From positions 173,426 through 237,425 of the forward strand of contig CAVWCZ010000006.1 in assembly GCA_963753675.1 (NCBI GenBank): a stretch of DNA of 64,000 nt, in the 5' to 3' direction. The notes below the pieces were generated by a model. It made no database searches and was not told the origin of the DNA. It worked only from the letters and a program-made list of their open reading frames with translations. The DNA is from an uncultured Verrucomicrobiae bacterium (GTDB lineage: Bacteria; Verrucomicrobiota; Verrucomicrobiia; Chthoniobacterales; UBA10450). This document shows positions 30,048 through 39,415 of the stretch, piece after piece (position 1 is the first letter of the stretch; each line of letters starts with the position of its first letter). The translations under genes and the position numbers were made by a program.

Positions 30048-31790
30048 ATGGTGATGGAAAACTCTTCCTCGAACGATCGCGCAAAATTTAAAGTGCAAAT
30101 TGCTCTCCGAAAACCCTTGCTTCGTCTCGCCTTCGGTCTCCTCCTGACAACTGCAGCACTCGCCGTTCAAGTTAAAGCGGCCTCCCAGAAGGCTTCCGAA
30201 CCTGAGTCCAAGGATAAGCCGACGCCTACTGCAACCCCCAACTTCAAGCCCGAATCCATCACCAGCACGGGCACCGTGACTGTCGAAGGCAGCCCGATCG
30301 AGTATCAAGCCGTTGCCGGCACACTCGTCGTGCATCCCAAAGGCTGGGACGACGCAGCCTTGGCCGGGGACCGGCAAAGCAAAAAGAGCGAGGAAAATGA
30401 GGAAAGCGGGGAGAGCGAACGTGGGCCTAACGAGCATAAGAATCCGACGGCCGAAGCTTCGATGTTCTACGTGGCCTATAACAAAAAGAACGTGGCACCG
30501 GAGAAACGGCCCGTGACGTTCCTGTTCAACGGCGGACCTGGTTCTTCGACAGTCTGGCTGCACATGGGCGCCTTTGGACCTCAGCGGGTGATCACCGCCG
30601 ACGACACGCATACGGCCGCAGCGCCCTATCAAATTGTTAATAACGACTACAGCCTGCTGGACGCGAGCGATCTGGTATTCGTGGACGCTCCCGGCACGGG
30701 CTTCAGCCGCATCGCCGGCAAAAACAAGGAAAAAGAATTTTACGGCGTGGACCCGGACGCGCACGCCTTCGCGGAATTCATCGTGGCGTATCTCAGCAAG
30801 TATGGGCGCTGGAACTCGCCCAAGTACATTTTCGGTGAAAGCTACGGAACGCCGCGCTCTGCCGTGCTGGTGAACCTGCTCGCACAGGAATACAACGTCG
30901 ACCTGAACGGCGTGATCATGCTTTCGCAGATCTTGAACTTCGACTTGAGCGTGGACGACCCGGAAGGCAACCCCGGAATTGATTTGCCCTACATTGTGGC
31001 GTTACCGACCTACGCCGCCAGCGCCTGGTACCACCATAAGTTGCCCGGCCCGAATTCTCCCGCCGCGCTCGAACCTTTCATCAAAGAAGTGGAAGAGTTC
31101 GCCACGCACGATTATGCGCGCGCGCTGGCGGAAGGAGCGAGGCTACCGAAACCCGAACGCCAGGCCATCGCCCAAAAACTGCACGGTTACACCGGCCTTC
31201 CCGTCAGCTATATTCTCAAGGCCAACTTGCGTATCGACGGCGGCGAGTTTGCAAAGAACCTCGAGGACGATACTGACACCACGACCGGCCGGCTCGATAC
31301 GCGCTTCTCAGGCCCCACCATGGATCCGCTGAGCAAGAAGGCCGACTACGATCCGCAAGCCGCCGCCATCAGTTCGGCCTATGTCTCTGCTTTCAACGAC
31401 TACGTGAGGAAGTCTTTGCGCTACGGTCAGGACAAAACCTATCGGCCTGAGATTCCGTTGTGGAAGAGTTGGAATTTCCAGCATCAGCCGCCGGGGGCGG
31501 AGCGGCCGTTGCCGCAGTCGACCAACACCATGCCGGATTTGGCTACCGCCATGAAATACAATCCGGACCTCAGAATTCTTCTAACGGGCGGTTACTTCGA
31601 TCTGGCCACACCCTATTACGAGGGCTGGTACGAAATGCACCACCTGCCAATCCCGGAGCGGCTCCAGGACCACATTGAATATCGCTATTATCAATCAGGC
31701 CACATGGTTTACGCCCATCAGGAATCTCTCAAGGCTCTACACGATGACGTGGCCGCGTTCATCCATTCGACCGATCACCTCGGCAAATGA
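30048..31790 (+). CDS. S10 family serine carboxypeptidase, secreted
   Basis: NGGPGSSTVWLHMGAFGP and GESYGTPRS active-site motifs. Start at ATG 30048 within ORF 30009..31790. Confidence 0.85.
   Translation: MVMENSSSNDRAKFKVQIALRKPLLRLAFGLLLTTAALAVQVKAASQKASEPESKDKPTPTATPNFKPESITSTGTVTVEGSPIEYQAVAGTLVVHPKGWDDAALAGDRQSKKSEENEESGESERGPNEHKNPTAEASMFYVAYNKKNVAPEKRPVTFLFNGGPGSSTVWLHMGAFGPQRVITADDTHTAAAPYQIVNNDYSLLDASDLVFVDAPGTGFSRIAGKNKEKEFYGVDPDAHAFAEFIVAYLSKYGRWNSPKYIFGESYGTPRSAVLVNLLAQEYNVDLNGVIMLSQILNFDLSVDDPEGNPGIDLPYIVALPTYAASAWYHHKLPGPNSPAALEPFIKEVEEFATHDYARALAEGARLPKPERQAIAQKLHGYTGLPVSYILKANLRIDGGEFAKNLEDDTDTTTGRLDTRFSGPTMDPLSKKADYDPQAAAISSAYVSAFNDYVRKSLRYGQDKTYRPEIPLWKSWNFQHQPPGAERPLPQSTNTMPDLATAMKYNPDLRILLTGGYFDLATPYYEGWYEMHHLPIPERLQDHIEYRYYQSGHMVYAHQESLKALHDDVAAFIHSTDHLGK
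31731..31790 (+). repeat. direct repeat, left copy (functional 3-prime end of the S10 gene)
   Basis: 57 of 60 nt identical to 32201-32260. Confidence 0.9.
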
Positions 31791-32200
31791 CCGCGTAAAA
31801 GGCTTCGCCTCACGCGGTCGATTGTGACGTCGGGACATCATAGGTTAGCATAGGTTAGAGCCGCGTGAGGCGAAGCCTTTTACGCGGGAAATCGTTTGAG
31901 ATAATGGCGCAATTGAGCGCGCAGGAAACGCCGCCCGGCCCCGCTCTTCAGGAATCTCTCGCGGCCCTCGGCGTCTTCGCGCTCCGTGTAGGCCTCGTAA
32001 TAAATCAGCTTCCATGGACCGCGCGATTTTGTTGCGAACGAAGCGCCGCGCCTATGCTGCGACAATCGCTTCTTCAAGTCTGTCGAGAAACCAATGTAGA
32101 AACCGAAGTCGCTTTCCGATCTCAGTACATAAACATAGAACACGCATCAGGATAAAACGACGAAACCGCGTGAGGCGAAGCCTTTTACGCGGAATCGTTT
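31791..32200. mobile_element. hairpin-flanked GIY-YIG mini-cassette
   Basis: Bounded by the 60-bp direct repeats. REP2 copies lie at 31791-31817 (inverted), 31861-31887 and 32166-32192. Also contains a 10-bp tandem duplication at 31839-31858 and a single GIY-YIG ORF. Confidence 0.65.
31880..32143 (-). CDS. GIY-YIG nuclease family protein (UPF0213-like, 87 aa)
   Basis: MFYVYVLRSESDFGFYIGFSTDLKKRLSQH carries the GIY-YIG signature. ...EAYTEREDAEGRERFLKSGAGRRFL. Confidence 0.88.
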   Translation of the reverse strand: MFYVYVLRSESDFGFYIGFSTDLKKRLSQHRRGASFATKSRGPWKLIYYEAYTEREDAEGRERFLKSGAGRRFLRAQLRHYLKRFPA

Positions 32201-32260
32201 AAGGCTCTACACGATGACGTGGCCGCGTTCGTCCATTCGACCGATCACCTCAGCAAATAA
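32201..32260 (+). repeat. direct repeat, right copy (displaced 3-prime end of the S10 gene)
   Basis: Encodes LKALHDDVAAFVHSTDHLSK* versus LKALHDDVAAFIHSTDHLGK* at the real gene end. Confidence 0.9.
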
Positions 32261-32327
32261 TCCCGATCAGCCGCGCTTGGAGCGGGGTGGGATCTTGCGA
32301 ATCTGTCAGATCGGTAATACTATATCG

Positions 32328-32570
32328 ATGATGAAGACGATATCGCTGAAGTTACCCGCGTCGTTGGCGAACTGGCTGGCGAGGCGCGCCAACGAGCTCG
32401 GACGTTCACGCTCCGATCTGGTGCGCCAGGCGCTCGAGGAGCAGCGTCAGGGCAGGAACAGCAGGGGCGAAAAGTCTTGTGCCGAGTTGATGGGGGAGTT
32501 TGGCGGCGTCTTTCGAGGGCCGCGCGATTTATCCACTAACCCGAAACACATGCGCGATTTCGGAAAGTGA
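32328..32570 (+). CDS. ribbon-helix-helix (CopG/VapB-like) antitoxin
   Basis: MMKTISLKLPASLANWLARRANELGRSRSDLVRQALE. The stop overlaps the GTG start of the PIN gene. Confidence 0.75.
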   Translation: MMKTISLKLPASLANWLARRANELGRSRSDLVRQALEEQRQGRNSRGEKSCAELMGEFGGVFRGPRDLSTNPKHMRDFGK

Positions 32571-32977
32571 GACGGACTTTGATCGATAGCGGGCCGTTAG
32601 TCGCCTTTTATTCTACGCGTGACCAGCATCATGCCTGGGCCTTTGCGCAATTAGACGCGCTGCGGCCTCCGCTGTTGACGTGTGAACCGGTTTTGACCGA
32701 AGCCTGTTTTCTGCTTCAGCGCGGAGGTGGCCGCCCAGCTGCAATCATGCGAGCTGTCCGGGAGCGGGTGATTCAAATTGCATTTGATATCGAGACGGAA
32801 GCCGCCTCCTTGGAAGTTTTAATGGAACGCTACTCCGATGTGCCGATGTCGTTAGCGGACGCCTGCCTGGTTAGACTGAGTGAACTTAATTCCGATTGCC
32901 GTGTCCTCACACTCGATTCTCATTTCACCCGTTATCGCAGGCACGGCCGTCAGGTAATTCCGTTGCTCATGCCATGA
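32567..32977 (+). CDS. PIN domain toxin (VapC-like)
   Basis: LIDSGPLVAFYSTRDQHH ... LADACLVRL ... VLTLDSHF carry the typical PIN acidic residues. Confidence 0.8.
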   Translation: MRRTLIDSGPLVAFYSTRDQHHAWAFAQLDALRPPLLTCEPVLTEACFLLQRGGGRPAAIMRAVRERVIQIAFDIETEAASLEVLMERYSDVPMSLADACLVRLSELNSDCRVLTLDSHFTRYRRHGRQVIPLLMP

Positions 32978-33134
32978 AATCCTTTCAGTCGAACGAGGCC
33001 GCCCGGGTTTACGCGGTCTACCGCGACAGCCGCGTGCTCGCGAACGCTTTCGGAGTTTACGCGGCCGTCGACCAGGTGCACGATCATTTGGGTCAATGTT
33101 AGATCTCGTGGCTGCGCTAGGCGGCGCCTAGCAA

Positions 33135-34800
33135 GATGGATTGCAATCCTCTCTGCGGAATGTCAAAATATTTGGACGCGACCCCAATTGCCCAGTACGA
33201 AATGCAAGAAAAAAGGACTGATAAACATTAAGGGCGCTGGCGAAGGAAGGTTTCCTTCCGGTAGAAGCGTGTTGTCTCGAAAACAACAGCAGCAATTAAC
33301 CGAAAGGAAACCAAGTAATGAAGGAGTCAGTATGCGCAGGAATCGACCTGCATGGCAATAATCTAATGATTGGAATTGTAGATGAGAGTGGGCGGCGATT
33401 AAAAGAGCAGAAGTTAGGCTGTGATCTCGTTGCGGTGGACCGCTTCCTCAGTCTCTGGCGAGGGCGACTTCAGAGCGTAGCGGTGGAATCGACCTATAAC
33501 TGGTATTGGCTGGTGGACGGTCTGTGTGCTCTGTCCTATCCGGTGAAGTTAGCCGATCCGGCCCAGATTGAGCAGTATGGCGGGATTAAACATGCGGATG
33601 ACAAAAACGACGGGTTCTTCCTGGCCGAGTTACAGCGGCTCAATATTCTGCCAACCGGTTACATTTACGATCCGGGACTGCGGCCGGTGCGCGATCTTCT
33701 GCGGCGGCGCCTGGGTCTGGTCCATCAGCGCACCGCGCTCATGCTCAGTTTCCAGAGTCTCTATGCCCGAACCACGGGCCAAAAGCTGACTCTGAGCCGG
33801 CTCAAAGGGATGGATCCCGGCGAGACCAAAACGCTCTATGAGCATCCGGCCAATTGTTTAATCGCCCAAGTGCAAAAAGAGCACATCGATAAGCTGCGCC
33901 AGAGCATTGAGTTGATCGAAAAGACAGTGCTTAACTGCGCACGGGAGCTGCCTTGTTATACAAAACTGCTGAGCCTACCAGGAGTAGGCCGCATTCTGGC
34001 CATGACCATCAGCATGGAAGTGGGCGAGATCAGCCGGTTCAAAACCGCCGGCCACTTTGCCAGTTATTGCCGGACGGTTGATGCCAAACGCATCTCCAAC
34101 AACAAAAAGAAAGGCGAAAACAACCGCAAATGCGGCAACAAATATCTGGCCTGGGCATTTGTCGAAGCGGCTAACTTTGCCAAGCGTCATCACGAGCATT
34201 GCCGCAGGTGGTTTGATCGCAAGGCGGGCCGAACCAGCTCGATCATCGCCACCAAGGCGTTAGCCTGCAAGCTGGCCAAAGCGGCCTGGTACCTGATGAG
34301 TGAAGGAAGCGATTATGATCCAGAGCGGATGTGTCCGGGCCTAACTGGATCACCGCCAAAACTCAAATTTGTGAGAACCGCTGTCAGCCAGCAAAAAGGG
34401 GTTGGCGAAAAACCACCAGGACTGATTGGAGGCCGCGGTTCTCCGCAATTTCCAAAACTAAAGCGTTAAACCGACGGAAAAGGTTTTGAAGGCGATTCGA
34501 CCAAGCCGTGAATCTCAAAAAGGGTTGAGCAGCACTGCCCACAATCCAAAGAAGCAGCGTAAGTCACAATTCTTTAAAACTGAATGAATACGCGCTTGGC
34601 ACTGAATGTTTTCCGGATCCCGGCCAAAAGCGGGATTGGGCGCCGCAGCCCCCCAACGGCTGCAAAGCGCTAGAACCAGATGGGTGACTGAACGGATCGC
34701 TAGCCAATCCGAAATCAAGCCAAAGAAATAACAGGCTCGAATCAACTTACTTCAAAACCGAAATTGAAGACACGCAAGACTAACCGATAGACACAAATCG
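33135..34800 (+). mobile_element. IS110 family insertion sequence (boundaries approximate)
   Basis: A transposase gene plus low-coding flanks. A palindrome gctaggcggcgcctagc lies at 33113-33131 just outside the left flank. Confidence 0.5.
33318..34469 (+). CDS. IS110 family transposase
   Basis: GIDLHGNNLMIGIV N-terminal DEDD domain and LLSLPGVGRILAMTI...FASYCRTV C-terminal domain. Confidence 0.9.
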   Translation: MKESVCAGIDLHGNNLMIGIVDESGRRLKEQKLGCDLVAVDRFLSLWRGRLQSVAVESTYNWYWLVDGLCALSYPVKLADPAQIEQYGGIKHADDKNDGFFLAELQRLNILPTGYIYDPGLRPVRDLLRRRLGLVHQRTALMLSFQSLYARTTGQKLTLSRLKGMDPGETKTLYEHPANCLIAQVQKEHIDKLRQSIELIEKTVLNCARELPCYTKLLSLPGVGRILAMTISMEVGEISRFKTAGHFASYCRTVDAKRISNNKKKGENNRKCGNKYLAWAFVEAANFAKRHHEHCRRWFDRKAGRTSSIIATKALACKLAKAAWYLMSEGSDYDPERMCPGLTGSPPKLKFVRTAVSQQKGVGEKPPGLIGGRGSPQFPKLKR

Positions 34801-34941
34801 GGACGGACGCTTATTTACTGTTTGACTCGCGTCCTAATGGGTGACCCCTATTTCTCCTATTTTCTTTTCTCTAATCCAAGGGCCGGCGTCGGCGACGCTG
34901 CATGTCGCTGGCTGCCGCCCGAAAACCGCGACTGCGAATTG

Positions 34942-35124
34942 CTACGCCGCTTTCTGGAACAGCCCAACGAGGAAAAGCACAACGGCCACGACAACGAGAA
35001 TGTGGATGAATGCGCCGAGAATATGGAACCCCAGCCAGCCGATCAGCCACAACACGAGCAAGATCACCGCGATAGTATTAGCATACTGGTTTATTCGCTG
35101 TTCGGCACGTCGCTGGCCGCCCAA
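34942..35124 (-). CDS. lmo0937-like small membrane protein
   Basis: AVILLVLWLIGWLGFHILGAFIHILVVVAVVLFLVGLFQ matches the two-helix lmo0937/DUF5670 pattern. Confidence 0.55.
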   Translation of the reverse strand: MGGQRRAEQRINQYANTIAVILLVLWLIGWLGFHILGAFIHILVVVAVVLFLVGLFQKAA

Positions 35125-35368
35125 AATTTGGCTGGCGCGTTTTTGGCGCTGCTCATTGGGGGCACGTTATTACCCTTTGCGATAATTTTCTGGGCGGGAC
35201 GGCAAATCGAGTAATCGCTTGGTTCCGATCGAGACCGACCTGCGTGCGAGGTAGGTTCGTTCGACTGCGATATGGCGGAGCCATCGCGAGAGATGGCGGC
35301 CTGCGATTAAAAAGGGAGGCTCGATGACTTGAAGAGCAGATCAGCCCAACCACGGAGGAATATTTGGA

Positions 35369-35893
35369 ATGCAGACTCTTTTTTACGATGGTTGGTGGCC
35401 CTTGGTGCGCACTCTTATCGCAGGGAGCGTTTCCTATGCGGCGCTCATTCTCACGCTGCGAATAGCGGGCAAGCGAACACTTTCCAAATGGAACGCCTTT
35501 GACTACGTCGTAACGATCGCGCTCGGATCGACCCTGGCGACGCTGGTCTTATCAAAAGAGACGACCATCCTGCAGGGCGCCGTAGCGCTGCTTCTTCTCA
35601 TCGGGCTACAATTTATTGTGACCTGGCTCTCGGTTCGTTACCGCGGCGTCTCGCGGGCGGTAAAGGCGCAGCCAACCTTGTTATTGTTCAACGGCCGGAT
35701 GTGTCGCGAGGCGATGAAAACAGCGCGCGTAACCGAGACCGAAATCCTCGCGGCGGCGCGCAACCAAGGATTCGGAAATCTGGAGCGAGTGGCCGCAGTA
35801 GTGCTGGAGACCGACGGGAGCTTTAGTGTGATTTCGCAGTTGGAGGGCGCTACGGCTTCCGCCATGGCTGACGTTGCTGGTTACCCCCTTTAA
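35369..35893 (+). CDS. DUF421 (YetF-like) membrane protein
   Basis: LRIAGKRTLSKWNAFDYVVTIALGSTLA and the C-terminal soluble domain pattern. Confidence 0.7.
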   Translation: MQTLFYDGWWPLVRTLIAGSVSYAALILTLRIAGKRTLSKWNAFDYVVTIALGSTLATLVLSKETTILQGAVALLLLIGLQFIVTWLSVRYRGVSRAVKAQPTLLLFNGRMCREAMKTARVTETEILAAARNQGFGNLERVAAVVLETDGSFSVISQLEGATASAMADVAGYPL

Positions 35894-35985
35894 GACGTCG
35901 ATAACGGAGGGCGAGGCCAGCATTCTCCTGCAATTCGATTGACGAAAGCTGAACAACGCGGAGAAAAAACGCGAGGCGCCCGTGC

Positions 35986-36369
35986 TTACGGATTTTCGTA
36001 GCCGAGCACGCGCGGCGCCAGTTTTCCCTGGCGCGGATCGTGCCGGAATGTGATCCAGCCTTTGCGGGTGGCGTGCCGTGGGAGGTAGTGTAACTGGAAG
36101 CTGCCGTCCTCGGTCTCGCCGCTGGGAAGGAGGAGCGTGACTTCCAAGCGGACGCCTTGCGCGGTCTCGTCCCCGCGATTGGTCACCGTGACCGGCACGG
36201 CAAAATAATCGCCATGCACCGCCGGCGTTCCGACCGTCATCTGCGGATCGGCCGGGGTTCCGGCTAACGTCACTTTTTCGTAGATCAGCGCCCCGATCGT
36301 GGAAAAAATCACCAAAAGCGAGAGGCCAAAAATCCCCCACTCCAGCCAGTTTTTGCGCGGTCGTCTCAT
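35986..36369 (-). CDS. TIGR02588-like single-pass membrane protein
   Basis: MRRPRKNWLEWGIFGLSLLVIFSTIGALIY anchor followed by a beta-rich domain. ATGA overlap with the upstream gene. Confidence 0.55.
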   Translation of the reverse strand: MRRPRKNWLEWGIFGLSLLVIFSTIGALIYEKVTLAGTPADPQMTVGTPAVHGDYFAVPVTVTNRGDETAQGVRLEVTLLLPSGETEDGSFQLHYLPRHATRKGWITFRHDPRQGKLAPRVLGYENP

Positions 36370-37316
36370 TGCAACAGCAATCGCCCGGCGGAGGAGCCTA
36401 ACGAAGTCGCCAGCCCGAGCACGATCGTTTCCGCCACGATTGTAATGAGCGAGGCATGGTCGAAGCGGCCGAAAAACCAGAGGACCGCCGCGGCGGTGAG
36501 CAGCGCGACCGCGTAACTCGAAAGGGTGCCGATGACAACCGAAAGAATTCCATCTCGCGATATGTATCGCTCCGAACCGGCAAAAGCGATGTAGTAGAGA
36601 ACCAAGGCGCTGATCCCCAAGGAGAGGCACATGATCGCGAAAAGCCGCACGATCGAGCTGCTGGTGGCAATGACCACCACCTCCTCAGTCGGCGCGATGT
36701 TAGCCGCGAAAAGCATCCCGCCACAGGTCGCGATCACAAGCTGGCCGCCGAATTGAATGTCGTGCTGCAACGAACGTTTTTGCTTCTCATTGTTTTCCCC
36801 TTTCGACATCCCGAGCTGCGCCGTCCCCACGGAAATCCCGATCGCCACCGTCATGGCCTCGATCACGATCTTGCCAAGAACCTGATCGAAATTCGTCTCC
36901 GTCGTCACCCGACCGAGGAGATAGAGAAAACTGGCCGAGACGATCAGCCCGAGCCCGAGTTCTTCGACCGAATCGATCGCGACTTCCCAGCTCGTCGAGT
37001 CCGGGCGCATCCCGGCGTAACGATTGTAGCCCAGGAGGAGGAGAAAAGTGACCCCGATGGAAAGCAAAAGGCGAAGCGGACCGGCTGTGATCCCGGTCTG
37101 CCACACTTCCATGGTGTAGAGAAGTGGGAGGCTAAAAATCAACCCGCCGGCCACGCCGCGCCCATATTGTCGAAGCGATTGCGCAATAGTTGACTTGGAT
37201 GAATGATTCACGACAGCGGAAATGAAGCTCAGGAGCGCAACCTGCGCGAGCGGGCGTTCCTCGTCGCGTGTGAAAATGCGTCGGTTAGCGTCGGTTCGAT
37301 TGCAGTAAACCTCCAT
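36366..37316 (-). CDS. TIGR02587-like polytopic membrane protein
   Basis: 316 aa with about 8 TM helices, co-oriented and translationally coupled with 35986..36369. Confidence 0.55.
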   Translation of the reverse strand: MEVYCNRTDANRRIFTRDEERPLAQVALLSFISAVVNHSSKSTIAQSLRQYGRGVAGGLIFSLPLLYTMEVWQTGITAGPLRLLLSIGVTFLLLLGYNRYAGMRPDSTSWEVAIDSVEELGLGLIVSASFLYLLGRVTTETNFDQVLGKIVIEAMTVAIGISVGTAQLGMSKGENNEKQKRSLQHDIQFGGQLVIATCGGMLFAANIAPTEEVVVIATSSSIVRLFAIMCLSLGISALVLYYIAFAGSERYISRDGILSVVIGTLSSYAVALLTAAAVLWFFGRFDHASLITIVAETIVLGLATSLGSSAGRLLLQ

Positions 37317-37329
37317 AGCGCGATCGCGC

Positions 37330-37841
37330 AGTCATCTCCCACGCCCGCGCCTACGCCGGTTACACTCCATTCGCTGGTCTTATCGGAGCTTCATAGCACG
37401 CACGACAACGCGGAGTGGTTTACCCCAGCCAACGCTGCGGTGGGGGGACTAACCGCTGAGCAGGCGAAGTGGGTGCCGCAAAACGCGCAGGGCAAAATCG
37501 ATCCGCGCGCTAACCATTCGGTAGGAATGCTCGCTTATCATCTGGTTTTCTGGAACGAGAATGCGCTCGTCCGTCTGCGCGGCGAAAAGCCTGCGAGTCG
37601 GGGAAACAATCAAGAGACGTTTAACGACTTCGACGCGGCGCATTGGGACCAGATCGTGCAGCGGCTCGATCGCGTGATGAAAGACCTGGAAGCGGCGGTG
37701 GAGAAAATGCCGGAGGAGAAACTAGCGCTGAAAGCGCCCTTGATTTCGCACATCAGCACGCACAACGCTTATCACACAGGGCAGATTCTTTATGTCCGCA
37801 AGTTACAAGGTTCCTGGAATCCGGAGAACGGCGTCAAGTAG
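37330..37841 (+). CDS. DinB family protein (start uncertain)
   Basis: LTAEQAKWVPQ...SVGMLAYHLVFWNE...THNAYHTGQILYVRKL is the DinB four-helix His triad pattern. The ORF as listed overlaps the opposite-strand gene. Confidence 0.65.
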
Positions 37842-37937
37842 GTAGTCCGGGCGAGAAGGCAGAAGGAAAAGGAGGAAAGAAGAACGGAGCGAGCAGGACG
37901 AGGGACGTAGCAGGTAAAGCTGCGAGGTTAGCAGCAA

Positions 37938-38118
37938 GAATGGAGCAGTGGGGAAGCTTGCGACATAGATGGGCAAACCGAGAGGTCGAATGGAGCTTAT
38001 GGGGAAAGCGACATAGAAGGTAAAACTGCAAGGGAAGCAGCGAGCGAGTTGGGTAAGGAGCGAGTTTCAAATGGGTGGGAGCACATGAGTCAAAGTGCGG
38101 GCAGCGAGCGAGTTTCAA
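37938..38118 (+). repeat. tandem copies of the four-helix-bundle cassette leader
   Basis: gaatggagc...gcgacataga occurs twice, followed by ...agcgagcgagtttcaa twice. Matches 43355-43440 and the reverse complement of 40612-40730. Confidence 0.7.
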
Positions 38119-38200
38119 TTATGAAGTTTTTGCTCGCTTCAGGATGGTAACAAAAAATGGCGGTCAGTTCTTCGCATTGACTCGCGTTCTCCCAATCGCT
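38119..38200 (-). pseudogene. 3-prime fragment of a four-helix-bundle (S23-IVS) gene
   Basis: ttatgaagtttttgctcgcttcaggatggtaacaaaaaatggcggtcagttcttcgca aligns with 40278-40335 of the full gene. Confidence 0.6.
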
Positions 38201-38307
38201 CGCCCGTTCGGGTTGCCCGTCTATGTCGTACCGTCTCATATGCGGCACCAGGTCCGGGGCCTTTACGTTGGCAGTTAATGCGTGGATACTCAGATGAGGG
38301 TTCTTTC

Positions 38308-38637
38308 ATGAAAGATCACCGCCTCGTCGACCAACGCAGCCTTGCCTTCGACCGGCTCATCGCAAAAAAACTGCGCGCTAATTTCGCGTTGGTCGAGAAG
38401 GCTCGAATCAATCTTGCCCGCTGGCTAAAGGCGAGCGATCCACGTTCTGCTCTCGATCTGGCTGAGTGGCAGCGCCTCCTCGACGGCCCTTTTCCTGAAC
38501 TTCTCGCAATGCTTGAATCGACTGACGAACGCGCAACGCGCCTTCGCCAATCCAGCCCTTTTTGCGGAATCCTTTCACCGGCGGAGCGGATCGCGATCAT
38601 TCGGGAATATCAGAAGCGTGAATCGGTCGCAGCTTGA
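38308..38637 (+). CDS. hypothetical small protein, antitoxin-like partner of the following nucleotidyltransferase-fold gene
   Basis: MKDHRLVDQRSLAFDRLIAKKL... Its stop overlaps the downstream GTG start by 20 nt. Confidence 0.45.
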   Translation: MKDHRLVDQRSLAFDRLIAKKLRANFALVEKARINLARWLKASDPRSALDLAEWQRLLDGPFPELLAMLESTDERATRLRQSSPFCGILSPAERIAIIREYQKRESVAA

Positions 38638-39040
38638 GCACATCATTCCCGCGGCGGCCGGCAACGCCGATACGAACGACATCGTCGTCATTGGCAGTCA
38701 GGCTATTCTTCTTATCGATGGTGCCATCGGCGAACGATCAATCTTTCACGAAACGTTCGGCTACTACGCGCACGGAGTTGGCGAGACGACGGCGACGTTG
38801 CCAAAAGGTTGGCGCGATCGCCTCGTTCCGATTCGCAACGAGAACACTCGTGGCGCCACAGGCTGGTGCCTTGAGGTTCACGACTTGGCTGTGAGCAAAC
38901 TCATTGCTGCTCGGGAAAAAGACCTGAGCTTTCTCGCTGCGCTATGCCGACACGAACTGGCACAGCCGGATTTGGTGAAGAAGCGATTGGAACAAACCGA
39001 GTTGCCGTCAAATGAAGCTCGCGTCAAAAGGTATAGATGA
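38618..39040 (+). CDS. nucleotidyltransferase-fold protein (DUF6036-like), possibly internally deleted
   Basis: LEHIIPAAAGNADTNDIVVIGSQAIL ... GWCLEVHDLAVSKLIAAREKDLSFL pattern. GTG start in frame at 38618. Confidence 0.5.
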   Translation: MNRSQLEHIIPAAAGNADTNDIVVIGSQAILLIDGAIGERSIFHETFGYYAHGVGETTATLPKGWRDRLVPIRNENTRGATGWCLEVHDLAVSKLIAAREKDLSFLAALCRHELAQPDLVKKRLEQTELPSNEARVKRYR

Positions 39041-39217
39041 TGCGGTAATCGCCTGCCCGCGCACGAAAGCGATCCGACCCTTTTAATCGGTGGTGAGGAT
39101 ACGACGCGAGCTTGAGGCCGATTTCGTCAATTCGATGTTACACTCTTTCCCAAAGTGCAGGCGGTAACTTGAGGAAAACTGCGTTGAAACTTTGATAGTA
39201 AATCTGAGTGGCAGCGC

Positions 39218-39415
39218 TCACGAGCCTTCCGGCTCTCGCACCCGAGCACTCTTGCCCTCAGCCATGTCGCGTTCGGCCTGCCGGATCGACCTTTCAAACG
39301 CTGGCGTAAATTCCAGTTCGTCTTCGATAACATCATCGAGCCAGGTGCGAATCTGACAAAGTTCCTGCTGCGACAGCTTGCGAAGTTCGGATTCCATCTG
39401 CTCGACTTTGCTCAT
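39218..39415 (-). CDS. putative addiction module antidote component (TIGR02574-like)
   Basis: MSKVEQMESELRKLSQQELCQIRTWLDDVIEDELEFTPAFERSIRQAERDMAEG. No toxin partner was recognised. Confidence 0.6.
   Translation of the reverse strand: MSKVEQMESELRKLSQQELCQIRTWLDDVIEDELEFTPAFERSIRQAERDMAEGKSARVREPEGS

Noticed and set aside
29991-30764. 257-aa minus-strand ORF, and similar long antisense ORFs at 41158..42018, 41913..42701, 50467..51219, 54205..55110, 36456..37193 and 61777..62601
   Set aside because: All overlap well-supported genes on the other strand and have biased, Arg-rich composition typical of antisense frames in high-GC DNA.
39127-39217. Search for a RelE/ParE-type toxin downstream of the addiction antidote gene 39218..39415
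   Set aside because: The downstream minus-strand frames give only short ORFs without toxin motifs, so the antidote appears to be orphaned.
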